Shown: positions 32,947 to 43,584, numbered from the stretch's first letter. The stretch: 64,000 bases of DNA from an uncultured candidate division Zixibacteria bacterium (GCA_963735035.1 CAVTJJ010000004.1:1056001-1120000), one strand, 5' to 3'. Notes: generated by a model from the sequence alone, not told the origin. A program made the numbers and translations.

Positions 32947-35640
32947 TCACATGATTAATACGAGTTTGCCGATCTGAGTGTTGCCCGCATCGTCTTCAAC
33001 CGTCCAATAATATAGTCCGGAGACGGCCTGCTGGGAATTGCGGGTTATGATATCCCAGGTGTCGTGAGTGGAAAGCGGGTCGGACGGGTCGAACCGGTGC
33101 TCGATCTCTCGCAGAAGATCACCGTCGAGCGAGAATATCCTGATCAGGCAGTTGGGCGGCAGGTTGGCGAAATGGATTAGGCGAGTGCGATCGACCGGAA
33201 ATCCGGAGCGAACAGGATCTTCGAAACCGCTCTCACGGTAGTCTTCATCCACCCGATACGGATTGGGGTACACGAAGATGTCGAGTTTTCTTGCATCAAC
33301 TTCAGCGCGGCCGGGGAGGGCGTAGGTATTGAGCGGCAATAAAGTGGGGCTCGTCTCCAGGGCTCCGAGACCAGACTTGGGAGAACCATAATCAAAGGCC
33401 GTGACTCCGACCCAGTAAGGTACTGAAGGTAAGAGATTGTCTATGGTCAACTCGTACTCATAGTACTTGATGAACCCCTCCGGCGTCAGATAGATCGAGT
33501 CGGCGCCGTTGGGGAACTGCGCCCGGATGGAATCTGGGTCCAGCACCGTGGGGCGGAGAGCGTCGGGGAAGACTTTCTTTATGTTGGTCGTGGCATTATT
33601 CGGATCGTTACCCAGAATAGAACGGTTGTGATCCTGAGGCACGAAATAGTACACTCGCTCCGGTTCACCGCCGGCCGCCGGAATGATGAGCGGATGGGTG
33701 CGGGTATAACGCTCCGGAAACCAGGTCGAATCAGTGCACGTGTCGGCGTAGAGACAGCGTAATTGCTCGAGCGTGAACGGGCTATGGACCAGCACGAAAC
33801 TGCCGGTGAGCTCGGACCACTCCCAGCGGTTGTAGTCTTCCAGGTCGTAGGAAGCAATCACCGAGTAGCTAAGCAAGCGTTCGTCGCGAGCAATCCAGAC
33901 GCGATATCCTTCAAAATCAAATTCCCGCGAGAAGATGTCCCGGGTAGTTTCCGAAAGAACGCCGTTCCATCTGATCCGTACTCGACCGGTTTCAGGTTCT
34001 ACTCTGAAGCCCCGGACCCGATTCCCGTAGGCATCGGAGATCGAATAGGCGGCCGGGCTGGGTGGCGGGGCGGCTCCTCGAAAATCCGGAACGCCGTCAC
34101 CCTTGCGCCAGACCGTGTCTGCCAGCTCGTACACCCAACGGCACGAAATAGTCGCGGTATCGGGATTGGCAACGGTGTCGATACCCGTATCGCATACCCA
34201 TTCCGAATCTCCCCCCAGGTTGCACAGAGTGAACACTCCGGCGTAACCATCACTGTCGGTGTCCACTCCCGGATTGTCGTACACCCAGTCAGCCCAGGTG
34301 GAGTTGACGCCCAGCGAGTCGAAATTGACACCTTCATACCAACTGTCCGGGTTGTTCGGAAGGTTGGCAAAATTGCTGGGATTCTTGTGGAAGTTCTTCC
34401 CGCACACATAAGCCAGTGAAACGGGCAGAGTCTGCCCCGGATCGATGTCAAACGGTCCAAAGGAGATCAGATAACGGACATCCAAACCGGTCGCCCAGGC
34501 GCCGACCCGATCACGCGGCGGTGGCAGCCAGATACTGTCCATCTCGGTGATTGTCGCGACCCTGGGCTGGTCATAATCTATTTCGCCGTTTCTCAGGAAA
34601 TGATACATGTTGCGATCACCCGAAGGCTGGCCGATGCCACCGGTCCGAAGAGGACGGAAAGTCTTTCTGGCCTGCGGGCCAAATTCGAGCGCCGGATTGG
34701 AGTTTCGAATCCACCAATTGTAGGATACTACCAGGCTGTCGGAAGGAGTGCGGATGATCCGAAGCGCCGCGGCATGAGGGACAGGCGCAAATACCGTGTT
34801 CCTGAGATCGCCGTCGTTGTCCACCGTCCAGGCCAGGTTGACTTCATCGCTGTCGGGCGGGCAGGGTGGTTTCAGATATAGCGCCGGAACCTTCTTCTTG
34901 AATCCGCTCAGATCGTCTTCGTAACCGTTGTCCATATTGGCCAGCGAATGCACGTCGGCGTCCACATAGAAGCCCATGTAGACCTGGCGAAGGCGGTTGT
35001 CGCCGATGTTCTTGATCCCGTAATCCATCAGAATGAAATCCTGAGCGTATGAATACGACCAGGCAAAGGATCTCTGGGTCACCTCTATTCCCAGGGGAAT
35101 GTGAGGTCGGTTATCCAGATAATCGGTACCCATTCCCTCGCAGCGGGTGCAGGTATCAAAATAGACGGCGACAAAATCCTGTTCTGAGACGGCTCCCTCG
35201 TACTCAGGTTTGGCGGGATCAATCGTGGATCGATACCGCATACTGCCTTCCGGGGCTTTGTCAGGATGAAATTCGTGCCCACCCATACCGCAGGTCGAGA
35301 CCAGTGTGTCGCGATCGCGTACGGCGCCTACCCAGAGATCAGCTCCCCACAAGTAGGTGGTAAAGCTACCCTTGGGATATTCACAGGACTTGAGCGTGAG
35401 ATGAGTGAAGCAGTCGGTGTAGCCGCCCAACGACCAACCGTTTCCGAACGATCCGTCGTTGCTGACCGACATGACAATATTGCCAACGTCGTGCTGGGCA
35501 TTACAATAAGCCGGGCCACCGGCGCTTGCCGAGGGAAGTGGGGCGGTGACGTTTTCAAACGACCGGGCTTCTACCAATACTGAGCAGAGTACTACCAGAA
35601 AGGCGGTCAGACTCGAAATGATTCGGGAGGGGTTAGTCAA
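32947..35640 (-). CDS. Large secreted protein with C-terminal sorting-like domain, paralog 1
   Basis: Colinear with the downstream paralog over its whole length, with the same motifs; TTG start at 35640 inferred from the signal peptide. Confidence 0.8.
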   Translation of the reverse strand: MTNPSRIISSLTAFLVVLCSVLVEARSFENVTAPLPSASAGGPAYCNAQHDVGNIVMSVSNDGSFGNGWSLGGYTDCFTHLTLKSCEYPKGSFTTYLWGADLWVGAVRDRDTLVSTCGMGGHEFHPDKAPEGSMRYRSTIDPAKPEYEGAVSEQDFVAVYFDTCTRCEGMGTDYLDNRPHIPLGIEVTQRSFAWSYSYAQDFILMDYGIKNIGDNRLRQVYMGFYVDADVHSLANMDNGYEDDLSGFKKKVPALYLKPPCPPDSDEVNLAWTVDNDGDLRNTVFAPVPHAAALRIIRTPSDSLVVSYNWWIRNSNPALEFGPQARKTFRPLRTGGIGQPSGDRNMYHFLRNGEIDYDQPRVATITEMDSIWLPPPRDRVGAWATGLDVRYLISFGPFDIDPGQTLPVSLAYVCGKNFHKNPSNFANLPNNPDSWYEGVNFDSLGVNSTWADWVYDNPGVDTDSDGYAGVFTLCNLGGDSEWVCDTGIDTVANPDTATISCRWVYELADTVWRKGDGVPDFRGAAPPPSPAAYSISDAYGNRVRGFRVEPETGRVRIRWNGVLSETTRDIFSREFDFEGYRVWIARDERLLSYSVIASYDLEDYNRWEWSELTGSFVLVHSPFTLEQLRCLYADTCTDSTWFPERYTRTHPLIIPAAGGEPERVYYFVPQDHNRSILGNDPNNATTNIKKVFPDALRPTVLDPDSIRAQFPNGADSIYLTPEGFIKYYEYELTIDNLLPSVPYWVGVTAFDYGSPKSGLGALETSPTLLPLNTYALPGRAEVDARKLDIFVYPNPYRVDEDYRESGFEDPVRSGFPVDRTRLIHFANLPPNCLIRIFSLDGDLLREIEHRFDPSDPLSTHDTWDIITRNSQQAVSGLYYWTVEDDAGNTQIGKLVLIM

Positions 35641-35922
35641 AGCTCTTATTCTCAATCGCGGACGGGCGGCTGGTATTGGGCATCCTCCAACCGCGCACAC
35701 CGACAAGAAAGGGTCTTCGACCCGGTTTGGTCAAGTTCTATCTATTCTGAGACGGACAGCCGGCCGAATTCGTTGATAGTCTGGATCGACCCACTTGGGC
35801 CATAATCGGCGGCTCTTGGCGCGACTGCGAATCGCACTTGATCCGGGCCCGGCGTAGATATTATCTTCATGTAGCCCAAGCTGAGCGTACTCTGAAGTTC
35901 TTTTCCACGTTAGGAGCTGTTC

Positions 35923-37104
35923 ATGCGACGCTTGATTCTTCTCTCGGTTCTGGTTTGTATCCTTGCGGCGTGTAGCGCCAATGATCCCAACAAGTATATG
36001 TCGTTGCATCGTGACGCCCTGGTGGTCGATTTGCACAGCGATGCCGTCCTCAGGATGATGCAGGGAGCCGATTTCGGTATCCGCGATACGGTCGGGGATA
36101 TGGACCTTCCGCGTCTGCGCGACGGCGGGGTCGATCTGCAGGTAATGGCCTGCTGGATTTCGACCGAGACACCCAAAGCAGAGTGTCGCCCCATGGTTGA
36201 TCAGATGATCGATTCAATCCAGGCCCAGGTTGGTCGCTACGGTGATCAGGCCGGTATTTGTCTGACTGCCGCGCAGGCCGAGAAGATCATCGCGGATAAG
36301 AAGCTGGCTGTCTTCATCGGAATCGAAAACGGTGTGGCGCTCGCCGATGACATAACGAACCTCAAGCATTTCTATGACCGGGGAGTCCGCTACCTGACGC
36401 TGACCCACACCGGCTCAAGCGACTGGTGCATTTCGTCGGCCGATACCGCTCCGGCTTTCCCGGGGCTGACCGATTTCGGCCGGGACGTCGTGCGCAAGAT
36501 GAACGGGCTCGGCATGATTATCGATGTCTCACACGCTTCTCCGTCCGCTGTCGAGGAAGTCCTGAAAACCTCCACCGATCCGGTCATTGCGTCGCATTCG
36601 TGCGTACACGCTCTCTGTCAGCATGACCGCAATCTCACCGATGATCAGATTCGCGCCATCGCCGCCAAGGGAGGCGTGATCGGCATCAATTTCTACAATG
36701 GTTATCTATCACAGGCGTGGAATCTGGCGGCCGATTCACTTTTCAAATTCTACGGACCGACGTTTGATTCTATCGATCAGGTCTATGCCGATGACAAGGC
36801 CAAGCGGCATGAGGCCAAGGGATCGATCATGGCCGAAATCGACCGCGAACTCAAGAAGTGTAATGTCAATGTCGCGACCGTGGTTGATCACATCGATTAC
36901 ATTGCGAAACTAGTCGGTCCTGATTACGTCTGCTTCGGCTCCGATTTCGACGGTGTCTTCAGCCTGCCCGAGGGGCTGAAAGATTGCACTTATGTTCCGA
37001 ATATCACCAAAGAGTTGGTGACGCGAGGGTATTCCGATGAAGATATCCGCAAGATTCTCGGCGGCAACTTTATGAGGGTGTTCAGGAAAGTCTGCGATAG
37101 TTAG
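35923..37104 (+). CDS. Membrane dipeptidase (peptidase M19) lipoprotein
   Basis: Lipobox LAAC, DLHSD, GIENG, RYLTLTH, IDVSH, ASHS, RNLTDDQ, GSDFDG, ILGGNFMRV. Confidence 0.93.
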   Translation: MRRLILLSVLVCILAACSANDPNKYMSLHRDALVVDLHSDAVLRMMQGADFGIRDTVGDMDLPRLRDGGVDLQVMACWISTETPKAECRPMVDQMIDSIQAQVGRYGDQAGICLTAAQAEKIIADKKLAVFIGIENGVALADDITNLKHFYDRGVRYLTLTHTGSSDWCISSADTAPAFPGLTDFGRDVVRKMNGLGMIIDVSHASPSAVEEVLKTSTDPVIASHSCVHALCQHDRNLTDDQIRAIAAKGGVIGINFYNGYLSQAWNLAADSLFKFYGPTFDSIDQVYADDKAKRHEAKGSIMAEIDRELKKCNVNVATVVDHIDYIAKLVGPDYVCFGSDFDGVFSLPEGLKDCTYVPNITKELVTRGYSDEDIRKILGGNFMRVFRKVCDS

Positions 37105-38789
37105 GACTTCTGAAGAGCTGCCGGTTTCCGGCGGTCCCGCTCCAGAAGTATCTGGTTGGACGACGAGCGCGATTCGCCCACTGATGTAATGTAGATCGCC
37201 TTCCGGTCATTGACGGGGCAGGCGAACTCACAGGCGCCGCAGCCGGTACACAGTGAAGCGTCAATGTAAGGTCGCTTCACCTTGACCTGCCGCCCGTGAC
37301 TATCGACCGCCACTTCCTCGATGAGATATACAGACTTGGGAGCGGTGGGGCACCATTCTTCACACACTATGCATGGGGTGGCCATCGCCCAGGGGAGGCA
37401 GCGGCCCCGATCAACAAAAGCGGTGCCGATACGATTCGGCGGCGTTTCTTTGTCGCCTACCTTTTGTTGTAGTGTCAGCCTTTGAATCGCTCCGGTCGGG
37501 CAGACCTGCCCGCATAGAGTGCAGGTAGGTTCGCAGTAGCCTATCCTGGCGATTAGATACGGTGTCCAAAGTCCCTCGAAACCGGCCTCAGAGAGAGTGG
37601 GATGCAGGGCATTGTTGGGGCAGACCCGCATGCACTGGCCGCAACGAATACATCGACTCAGAAAATCGCCCTCGGGCTGAGCGCCGGGTGGGCGAATCAG
37701 AATTGCAGACGGATTCACTTCGAACGAGTCGCCCGCGCGAAGCATCGGTATCAACGCGACTCCACCGACAACCGAGGCCACCACTTTGCGCCGGGTCACG
37801 TCGAGTGACGAAGTCCCGGCTGGATTTTCGACCGATGCGATTTGATCGGGGAAGAATTTGAAACTCAGCGAACCTTTGGGGCACGAAGCCTGACAGTTCA
37901 GGCACATGTGACATTCGGCCTGTCGCCAGACGGCTCCGATATCGGGATTGTCTGCTCCCTGACACGATTGCAGGCACAGGTTGCAGTGGTCGCAGTGTGA
38001 GGTGTCCTTCCTCAGTCCGAAAATGGCGTATCGGGAGAAGATGCCCAGCATCGCCCCGAGCGGGCAGATCGCTCGACACCAAAAACGGGTGAACACCCGG
38101 TTGAGCACCAGTATCAAAACGAAAAGCAACCCTATCAACAGTATGCCGTGAAAATGAGCCTGGCGGAAAGTCAGCAGGACCGGTGCAATGAGATCATAGA
38201 AGAATTGTGCCAGCCAGGCCAACGGCAGGATGCCGGTAGATCCTGTCCACGAAACCATGCCAGCCATGGCTGAATGAAAAGCCGGGAGTACTGCCGTGCC
38301 TATCGACCGGGCCAGGAGTGGCAATGGATCCAGAAGTCCGGCCTGCAACGAGCCAAGTACCGCCGCTCCCACACATACAAAGAAGACGTAGTACTTGATG
38401 CGTTGATATGGCCGGTACCGATTGGTCTCCATCTTCCCTTTGCCACGGAAACTTCTTCGTTCAGACTTCACTTCGGAAAGCCAGTGATTCAAGCTTCCGA
38501 GCGGGCAGACCCAGCCGCAGAAGAACCGGCCAATAAATATCGTTGGAATGAGGATTACCAACGACCAGAGCATTCCTTTATAGACAGTCCCGCTGGCCAG
38601 CAGAGCCATCAGAGCGGCCAGTGGATCGAATTCGAGAGCCACTGAAACCGGATAGGGGAGGGTAATCTCAGACGCGCTGGCGCCGCCGAACGAAACTTCA
38701 AAAGTTGTCTTCAGGATCAGCCAGAAGAATATGATGAAGAATATGATTTGAGAGAGGCGACGAAGATTTCTGACGACCCGGATCGTCAT
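37101..38789 (-). CDS. Membrane-bound polyferredoxin (NapH/MauN-like membrane domain fused to a NapG/MauM-like domain)
   Basis: TM helices, FFCGWVCPLG and FWCRAICPLG, two CxxCxxCxxxC motifs, internal TRR plus TM, then IRPPGA...CIRCGQCMRVCP, CEPTCTLCGQVCP, CIVCEEWCP, CTGCGACEFACP. Confidence 0.9.
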   Translation of the reverse strand: MTIRVVRNLRRLSQIIFFIIFFWLILKTTFEVSFGGASASEITLPYPVSVALEFDPLAALMALLASGTVYKGMLWSLVILIPTIFIGRFFCGWVCPLGSLNHWLSEVKSERRSFRGKGKMETNRYRPYQRIKYYVFFVCVGAAVLGSLQAGLLDPLPLLARSIGTAVLPAFHSAMAGMVSWTGSTGILPLAWLAQFFYDLIAPVLLTFRQAHFHGILLIGLLFVLILVLNRVFTRFWCRAICPLGAMLGIFSRYAIFGLRKDTSHCDHCNLCLQSCQGADNPDIGAVWRQAECHMCLNCQASCPKGSLSFKFFPDQIASVENPAGTSSLDVTRRKVVASVVGGVALIPMLRAGDSFEVNPSAILIRPPGAQPEGDFLSRCIRCGQCMRVCPNNALHPTLSEAGFEGLWTPYLIARIGYCEPTCTLCGQVCPTGAIQRLTLQQKVGDKETPPNRIGTAFVDRGRCLPWAMATPCIVCEEWCPTAPKSVYLIEEVAVDSHGRQVKVKRPYIDASLCTGCGACEFACPVNDRKAIYITSVGESRSSSNQILLERDRRKPAALQKS

Positions 38790-39742
38790 CAAGCCACCTC
38801 AAGGTATCCGGCCGCTCTGTAGTCGAGATTGCCAAGGCCGGATTGCGCCGCCAGAACAATGTGCTCGACTGCATCGCCCCTGAGACCGAGGAATTCCGCC
38901 GCCCGCGAGTCGGCGGCGACCAGATCGGTAGCGCACATTACTGTGTTTTCAATCGCGACATCATCGAGGGATCCCCCGGTGGGCCCCCCTCTGAGCAGTA
39001 CGCGGGTGGCATCGACCACCGTTAAGGTCGGTTTGCAGAAAGCGGCCAGATCGACAATCGCCTGATCGATCTGTTGATGCAACTGATTGCGTCGTCCGCC
39101 GATGATGCCGTACAGATTCTTCATCCCAATCGTACAGCGTGACAACGAATGCTGTTTGACAATCGGCATGTTGATAAAACGATCCGTTTCGATGAAACAC
39201 TTCGCCACCGGCCAGCGGGTAAGCACTTTGCCGTTAAGTTCGATCTCGACCAGATCTTCTTCGGCCGGAAGAATTACGCGTGCACCCGCCTTCTCGGCCG
39301 CTTCTCGAATACCGGAGCGAAGAAAACAGCGGCGGGGATCGTTGCAGGTGATATCGGCAACCACAACTTCTTTTGCTCCCGCTTCCAGGCAGAGCCGGAT
39401 CATTTTAGCGACCAGTTCGGGGTTCGTATTGGCCGCCTGGGCGGGGGTACGGTCCCAACCGACATTTGGCTTTATTGTTACCCGTTCTCCCGATTTGACA
39501 AATCTGGAAATGCCACCGATAGCATCCAGCGATGCCAAGAGAGCTTGGCGAGGATCTTCGCGCTTGGCGAGGGTTAGTTTGGGCAACTGCGATGCGGGGT
39601 CGACCTCGAAACTCGCTTTGCGGGCCAAAACCGGCCGGTAAACTATGCTCTCGCGGTTGTGGAATAACCAGCCTGTTCCACCCGTTAGGGCGGCCAGAGC
39701 TGCTGCCTGACCGGTTCTTTTGAGAAATTCACGTCGTTGCAT
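38789..39742 (-). CDS. Tat-exported DUF362 family protein
   Basis: MQRREFLK twin-arginine signal; LDAIGGISRFVKSGERVTIKPN, NTNPELV, INMPIVKQH, TIGMKNLYG, DLVAADS. Confidence 0.88.
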   Translation of the reverse strand: MQRREFLKRTGQAAALAALTGGTGWLFHNRESIVYRPVLARKASFEVDPASQLPKLTLAKREDPRQALLASLDAIGGISRFVKSGERVTIKPNVGWDRTPAQAANTNPELVAKMIRLCLEAGAKEVVVADITCNDPRRCFLRSGIREAAEKAGARVILPAEEDLVEIELNGKVLTRWPVAKCFIETDRFINMPIVKQHSLSRCTIGMKNLYGIIGGRRNQLHQQIDQAIVDLAAFCKPTLTVVDATRVLLRGGPTGGSLDDVAIENTVMCATDLVAADSRAAEFLGLRGDAVEHIVLAAQSGLGNLDYRAAGYLEVA

Positions 39743-39901
39743 TACATATTCCGACCGCTTGCTTCGTTTAGAATACTACTGGACTTAGTCTGATGCAAGA
39801 TAGTATATGACGAATAGGTGGAACCTGACATACCATCAATACTGTATTAGTTGAGGTGGACAATAAGAAGCGGACGCGTTTCTAAGAATGGTATTCTGAC
39901 A

Positions 39902-40750
39902 ATGACCGAAACTGAACTGTTAAATGCAAGTGAGCGAAAACTTACCGATTTAAGGGCCCGGCTCAAATCGATGGGGCGGGTTCTAGTTGCCTATTCAGGC
40001 GGCGTGGACAGTGCCTTCCTGCTCAAGGCTGCGGTGGATGAACTCGGCGCCAACACCCTGGCGGTCACGGCTGATTCGCCCACAATCCCGCGTATGGAAC
40101 TCGAAGCGGCAGCCAGTCTGGCGCGCCAACTGGGCGCGAAGCACCTCGTGGTGAAGACCGACGAGATGGCCAACCCCGCCTTTATTGAAAATACTGCCGA
40201 TCGCTGCTACCACTGCAAGACGACCCTGTTTTCGACCCTGACCAACCTGGCGAATGAGAAGGGATTCGGCTGTGTGCTCGAAGGCTCCAATGTCAGCGAT
40301 CTGGCCGACTACCGTCCCGGCATGAAAGCGGTCAAACAATTCAACGTCCGAAGCCCCTTGCGTGAAGTCGGTCTCACCAAAGACGAGATTCGGCTTCTGT
40401 CGAGACAGGCTGGACTTCCGGTGTGGGACAAGCCGGCCGCACCCTGTTTGTCGTCGCGCATCCCGTATGGTTCGCCGATCACTCTGGAGAGACTGCACCG
40501 TATCGAAGCGGCGGAGGGGTTCGTTCGGCAATTGGGCTTCCCGATTCTCCGTGTACGGGATCATGGCCAGGTGGCCCGCATCGAGGTGCCGTCGGTTGAT
40601 ATCACGAAATTGCTCGATCCGGATGTGGCCGCACAAATACAAGAGCGTCTCAAGTTGCTCGGTTTCCAATATGTTACGATCGATATGGCTGGTTTCCGCT
40701 CCGGCAGTATGAATGAGGTGCTGGGGAAGGCGACCGATGGACCGCGCTAG
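39902..40750 (+). CDS. larE: ATP-dependent sulfur transferase LarE (three-Cys, [4Fe-4S]-type)
   Basis: PP-loop AYSGGVDS, RCYHCK, DYRPG, WDKPAAPCLSSRIPYG, LRVRDHG..ARIEV, GFRSGSMN. Confidence 0.93.
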   Translation: MTETELLNASERKLTDLRARLKSMGRVLVAYSGGVDSAFLLKAAVDELGANTLAVTADSPTIPRMELEAAASLARQLGAKHLVVKTDEMANPAFIENTADRCYHCKTTLFSTLTNLANEKGFGCVLEGSNVSDLADYRPGMKAVKQFNVRSPLREVGLTKDEIRLLSRQAGLPVWDKPAAPCLSSRIPYGSPITLERLHRIEAAEGFVRQLGFPILRVRDHGQVARIEVPSVDITKLLDPDVAAQIQERLKLLGFQYVTIDMAGFRSGSMNEVLGKATDGPR

Positions 40751-41495
40751 CCTCCGTCGACTTCTCGAAGAGGTTCAATCCGGCAAGATGGAAGTCGGCG
40801 CGGCGCTCGAACGTCTCAGGACCTTTCCGAGCGAGGACCTCGGTTTTGCTAAACTAGATACCCATCGGGCCCTTAGGCGCGGCTTCCCCGAAGTGATCTT
40901 CTGTACGGGGAAGACGGTCGAACAGATCGTGACGATTTTCGGGTCGCTCGCTCGTGACGGTCACCAGGTGATGGCCACCAGAGCCGGTGCTGATGTCTTC
41001 GAGGCGGTCAAACAACATCATCCCGGCGCGGTGTACCGGAGCGAAGCGCGAATTGTCCTGGCTTTGGAACCGTTGCCGCCGCGAACGGAAAAGAGGGTGG
41101 CGGTGGTTTCCGCGGGAACATCGGATATCCCGGTCGCCGAAGAAGCTGCAGTCACGGCTGAAGTAATGGGCTGCCCGGTGGACCGGATCTACGATGTCGG
41201 TGTGGCGGGGATTCATCGTCTGCTTGGCGAGCGCGACAAGCTCGCGACTGCCAACGTGCTCATAGTAGTGGCCGGTATGGAAGGGGCGCTGGCGTCGGTG
41301 GTTGGCGGCCTGGTCAGCCGCCCAATAGTCGCGGTACCAACTTCGGTGGGATACGGCGCCAGTTTTGAAGGTCTGGCGGCGCTCCTGGCGATGCTCAACA
41401 GTTGCTCGCCGGGCGTGGCGGTCATGAATATTGACAACGGCTTCGGCGCCGGCTACTTTGCCGCGACTGTCAATCTCGATAAGAACGAATTATGA
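40737..41495 (+). CDS. larB: Nickel-pincer cofactor biosynthesis carboxylase/hydrolase LarB
   Basis: FAKLDTHRALRRGFPEVI, SAGTSDIPVAEEA, DVGVAGIHRL, AGMEGALASV, VPTSVGYG, NIDNGFGAG. Confidence 0.95.
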   Translation: MDRASLRRLLEEVQSGKMEVGAALERLRTFPSEDLGFAKLDTHRALRRGFPEVIFCTGKTVEQIVTIFGSLARDGHQVMATRAGADVFEAVKQHHPGAVYRSEARIVLALEPLPPRTEKRVAVVSAGTSDIPVAEEAAVTAEVMGCPVDRIYDVGVAGIHRLLGERDKLATANVLIVVAGMEGALASVVGGLVSRPIVAVPTSVGYGASFEGLAALLAMLNSCSPGVAVMNIDNGFGAGYFAATVNLDKNEL

Positions 41496-42679
41496 AACTA
41501 CTCTATTTCGACTGCTTCTCCGGCATCAGCGGGGACATGATTCTCGGCGCCTTGATCGACGCCGGTGTTTCTCTGGACAAGCTGAAAGCCGAACTGGCGA
41601 AACTCAATCTCGCCGGATTCTCCATCACGGCCGAGAAGTGTGTCAAGAACGGCATCTCCGGGACGAAGGTGACCGTCCACACCGAAGACCAGAAAGTGCA
41701 TCGCCACCTCAAACATATTCACGAGATAATTGAGCCGAGCGGGCTGTCTGATAAGGCGAAGAAGACCAGCCTCAGAGTATTTCAGACGCTGGCCGAAGCC
41801 GAAGCCAGGATTCACAACACCAGCCCCGAGAAAATTCATTTTCACGAAGTAGGTGCACTCGACGCGATAGTCGATGTGGTCGGTTCAGTGGTAGGGCTGC
41901 AACTTCTGGGCATTGATCAAGTGTGGGCCTCGCCGGTACATGTCGGGACCGGTTTTGTCGACTGCCAGCACGGCCGCATACCTTTGCCGGCACCGGCCAC
42001 AGTCGAAATCCTCAAGGGAACGCCAGTATATTCCACCGGCCTCGACGCCGAATTGGTCACACCTACGGGAGCGGCGTTACTGAAGACTCTGGCCGACAGT
42101 TTCGGGCCGTTGCCTCCGATGCAACTCGAGACTATCGGCTACGGTGCGGGCACACAGGACCTGCCCATTCCGAATCACCTTCGCGTCATAGTTGGAACGA
42201 CGCAAGGTCAATTCGAATTCGATCAGGTCGATTTGATCGAGACCAACATCGATGACATGCCGCCGGAACATCTCGACTACGTTGTCGAACGCTTGATGAA
42301 AGCCGGTGCGCTGGATGTCTCGATGACACCACTGATCATGAAGAAGAGCCGTCCGGCCGTCTGCCTGGGGGTGCTAGTCATGCCGCAGGATACATCGCGT
42401 CTCCTGACAATCATATTCTCAGAAACGACGACTCTGGGTGTGCGCATTCAGAAAGTAGAGCGACGGAAACTCCCGCGTGAGATACGTACGGTGAAGACAC
42501 GTTTCGGCGATATTAGGGTCAAAGTCTCGTGGCTTGAAGGTTCCGTCAGAGACATGTCTCCCGAATATGAAGATTGCCGTCGATTGGCCCTTGAACACAA
42601 TGTACCACTTCATGAGGTCTACCGGGCGGCTAGTCACGCAGCGGAGCAGGAATGGCCGGATGATTCGCGGAAAGGATAG
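41492..42679 (+). CDS. larC: Nickel insertase (cyclometallase) LarC, single ORF
   Basis: DCFSGISGDMILGAL, HFHEVGALDAIVD, HGRIPLPAPAT, ELVTPTGAA, ETNIDDM, MKKSRP, ETTTLGVR, PEYEDC. Confidence 0.95.
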   Translation: MKLLYFDCFSGISGDMILGALIDAGVSLDKLKAELAKLNLAGFSITAEKCVKNGISGTKVTVHTEDQKVHRHLKHIHEIIEPSGLSDKAKKTSLRVFQTLAEAEARIHNTSPEKIHFHEVGALDAIVDVVGSVVGLQLLGIDQVWASPVHVGTGFVDCQHGRIPLPAPATVEILKGTPVYSTGLDAELVTPTGAALLKTLADSFGPLPPMQLETIGYGAGTQDLPIPNHLRVIVGTTQGQFEFDQVDLIETNIDDMPPEHLDYVVERLMKAGALDVSMTPLIMKKSRPAVCLGVLVMPQDTSRLLTIIFSETTTLGVRIQKVERRKLPREIRTVKTRFGDIRVKVSWLEGSVRDMSPEYEDCRRLALEHNVPLHEVYRAASHAAEQEWPDDSRKG

Positions 42680-42683
42680 TCGG

Positions 42684-43584
42684 ATGATTCGCTTCGGTGT
42701 GGTGTTTGGATCAGTGTTCCTCTTGGGCGTGCTTCTCGTTGGATGCGGCGGAACAAAATCTTCTCAGGCCGATGATCTGACAGGATACTTCCCAGACAAG
42801 ATCGACGATAGTCTCCAGAAGACTTCCGAAATCCGTACTTTCGTGGGCGATTCGCTCTGGCAGTACATCGACGGTGGCGCCGAGCTCTATCACACCTACG
42901 GTTTCGTCAAGGTCTCCACCGCGGACTATCGAAGTGGTGGAACGGAACTAGTGCTCGATCTGTACCAGTTCAAGACTCCCGAAGGGGCTTACGGACTCTA
43001 CAGTGCGCTTCGGCCGGATGAGCCATCGCTGGTAACATTGGGGGTAGAAGGGTACGTCACCGGGGCGAGTCTCGAATTTGTTAGTGGTAACATCATGGCA
43101 CGAGTCATGGGGTATGAGGCAACAGAAGCGGTCGGGAAAGCGCTTCGCGCCCTGGCCGGACAGATGGCGAGACGTTCTCCCCGGGACCACCCAGCGCCCG
43201 GCGATGTTTTCACTCTTCCCAGACGATCATGTCGTGGCCAATACCGACAAGATCATTGGCGCTTCGTTCCTGGGGCAATCATTTTTCAACATGATCTACA
43301 CCCGCGACTATCAGTTTGAGAATGAAAAGCTGACGCTGTTTATGGTAACGGATACTGCAGGGGCGGCCTTCGCCAACTGGGTGTTGGCGACAAGCGATGC
43401 CGACAAGGCCGCCGGTAAGGCTACGGGATTGCCGTTCGACGAGAACTACTGTCTCCTGGTGGCCAATAATTTCTACGGCAAGGTTCTCGCCGGTCTACGA
43501 AACGGCAAACTCGCCGGAGTCGTAAACTACAGCGAGCTACATCGCGACTTCATAACTGCCTGGCTCAACAGCCTTACCAAGTAG
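42684..43584 (+). pseudogene. Lipoprotein (DUF6599-like) interrupted by a +1 frameshift near 43170 (pseudogene or sequence error)
   Basis: Lipobox LVGC; FVGDSLWQYIDGGAELYHTYGF, AYGLYS; the plausible reading continues in the next frame as DVLPGTTQRPAMFSLFP...FLGQSFF to the stop at 43584; family name recalled from memory. Confidence 0.65.

Noticed and set aside
41492..42679. Programmed frameshift in larC, as in Lactiplantibacillus
   Set aside because: Both LarC domains are in one uninterrupted ORF here.
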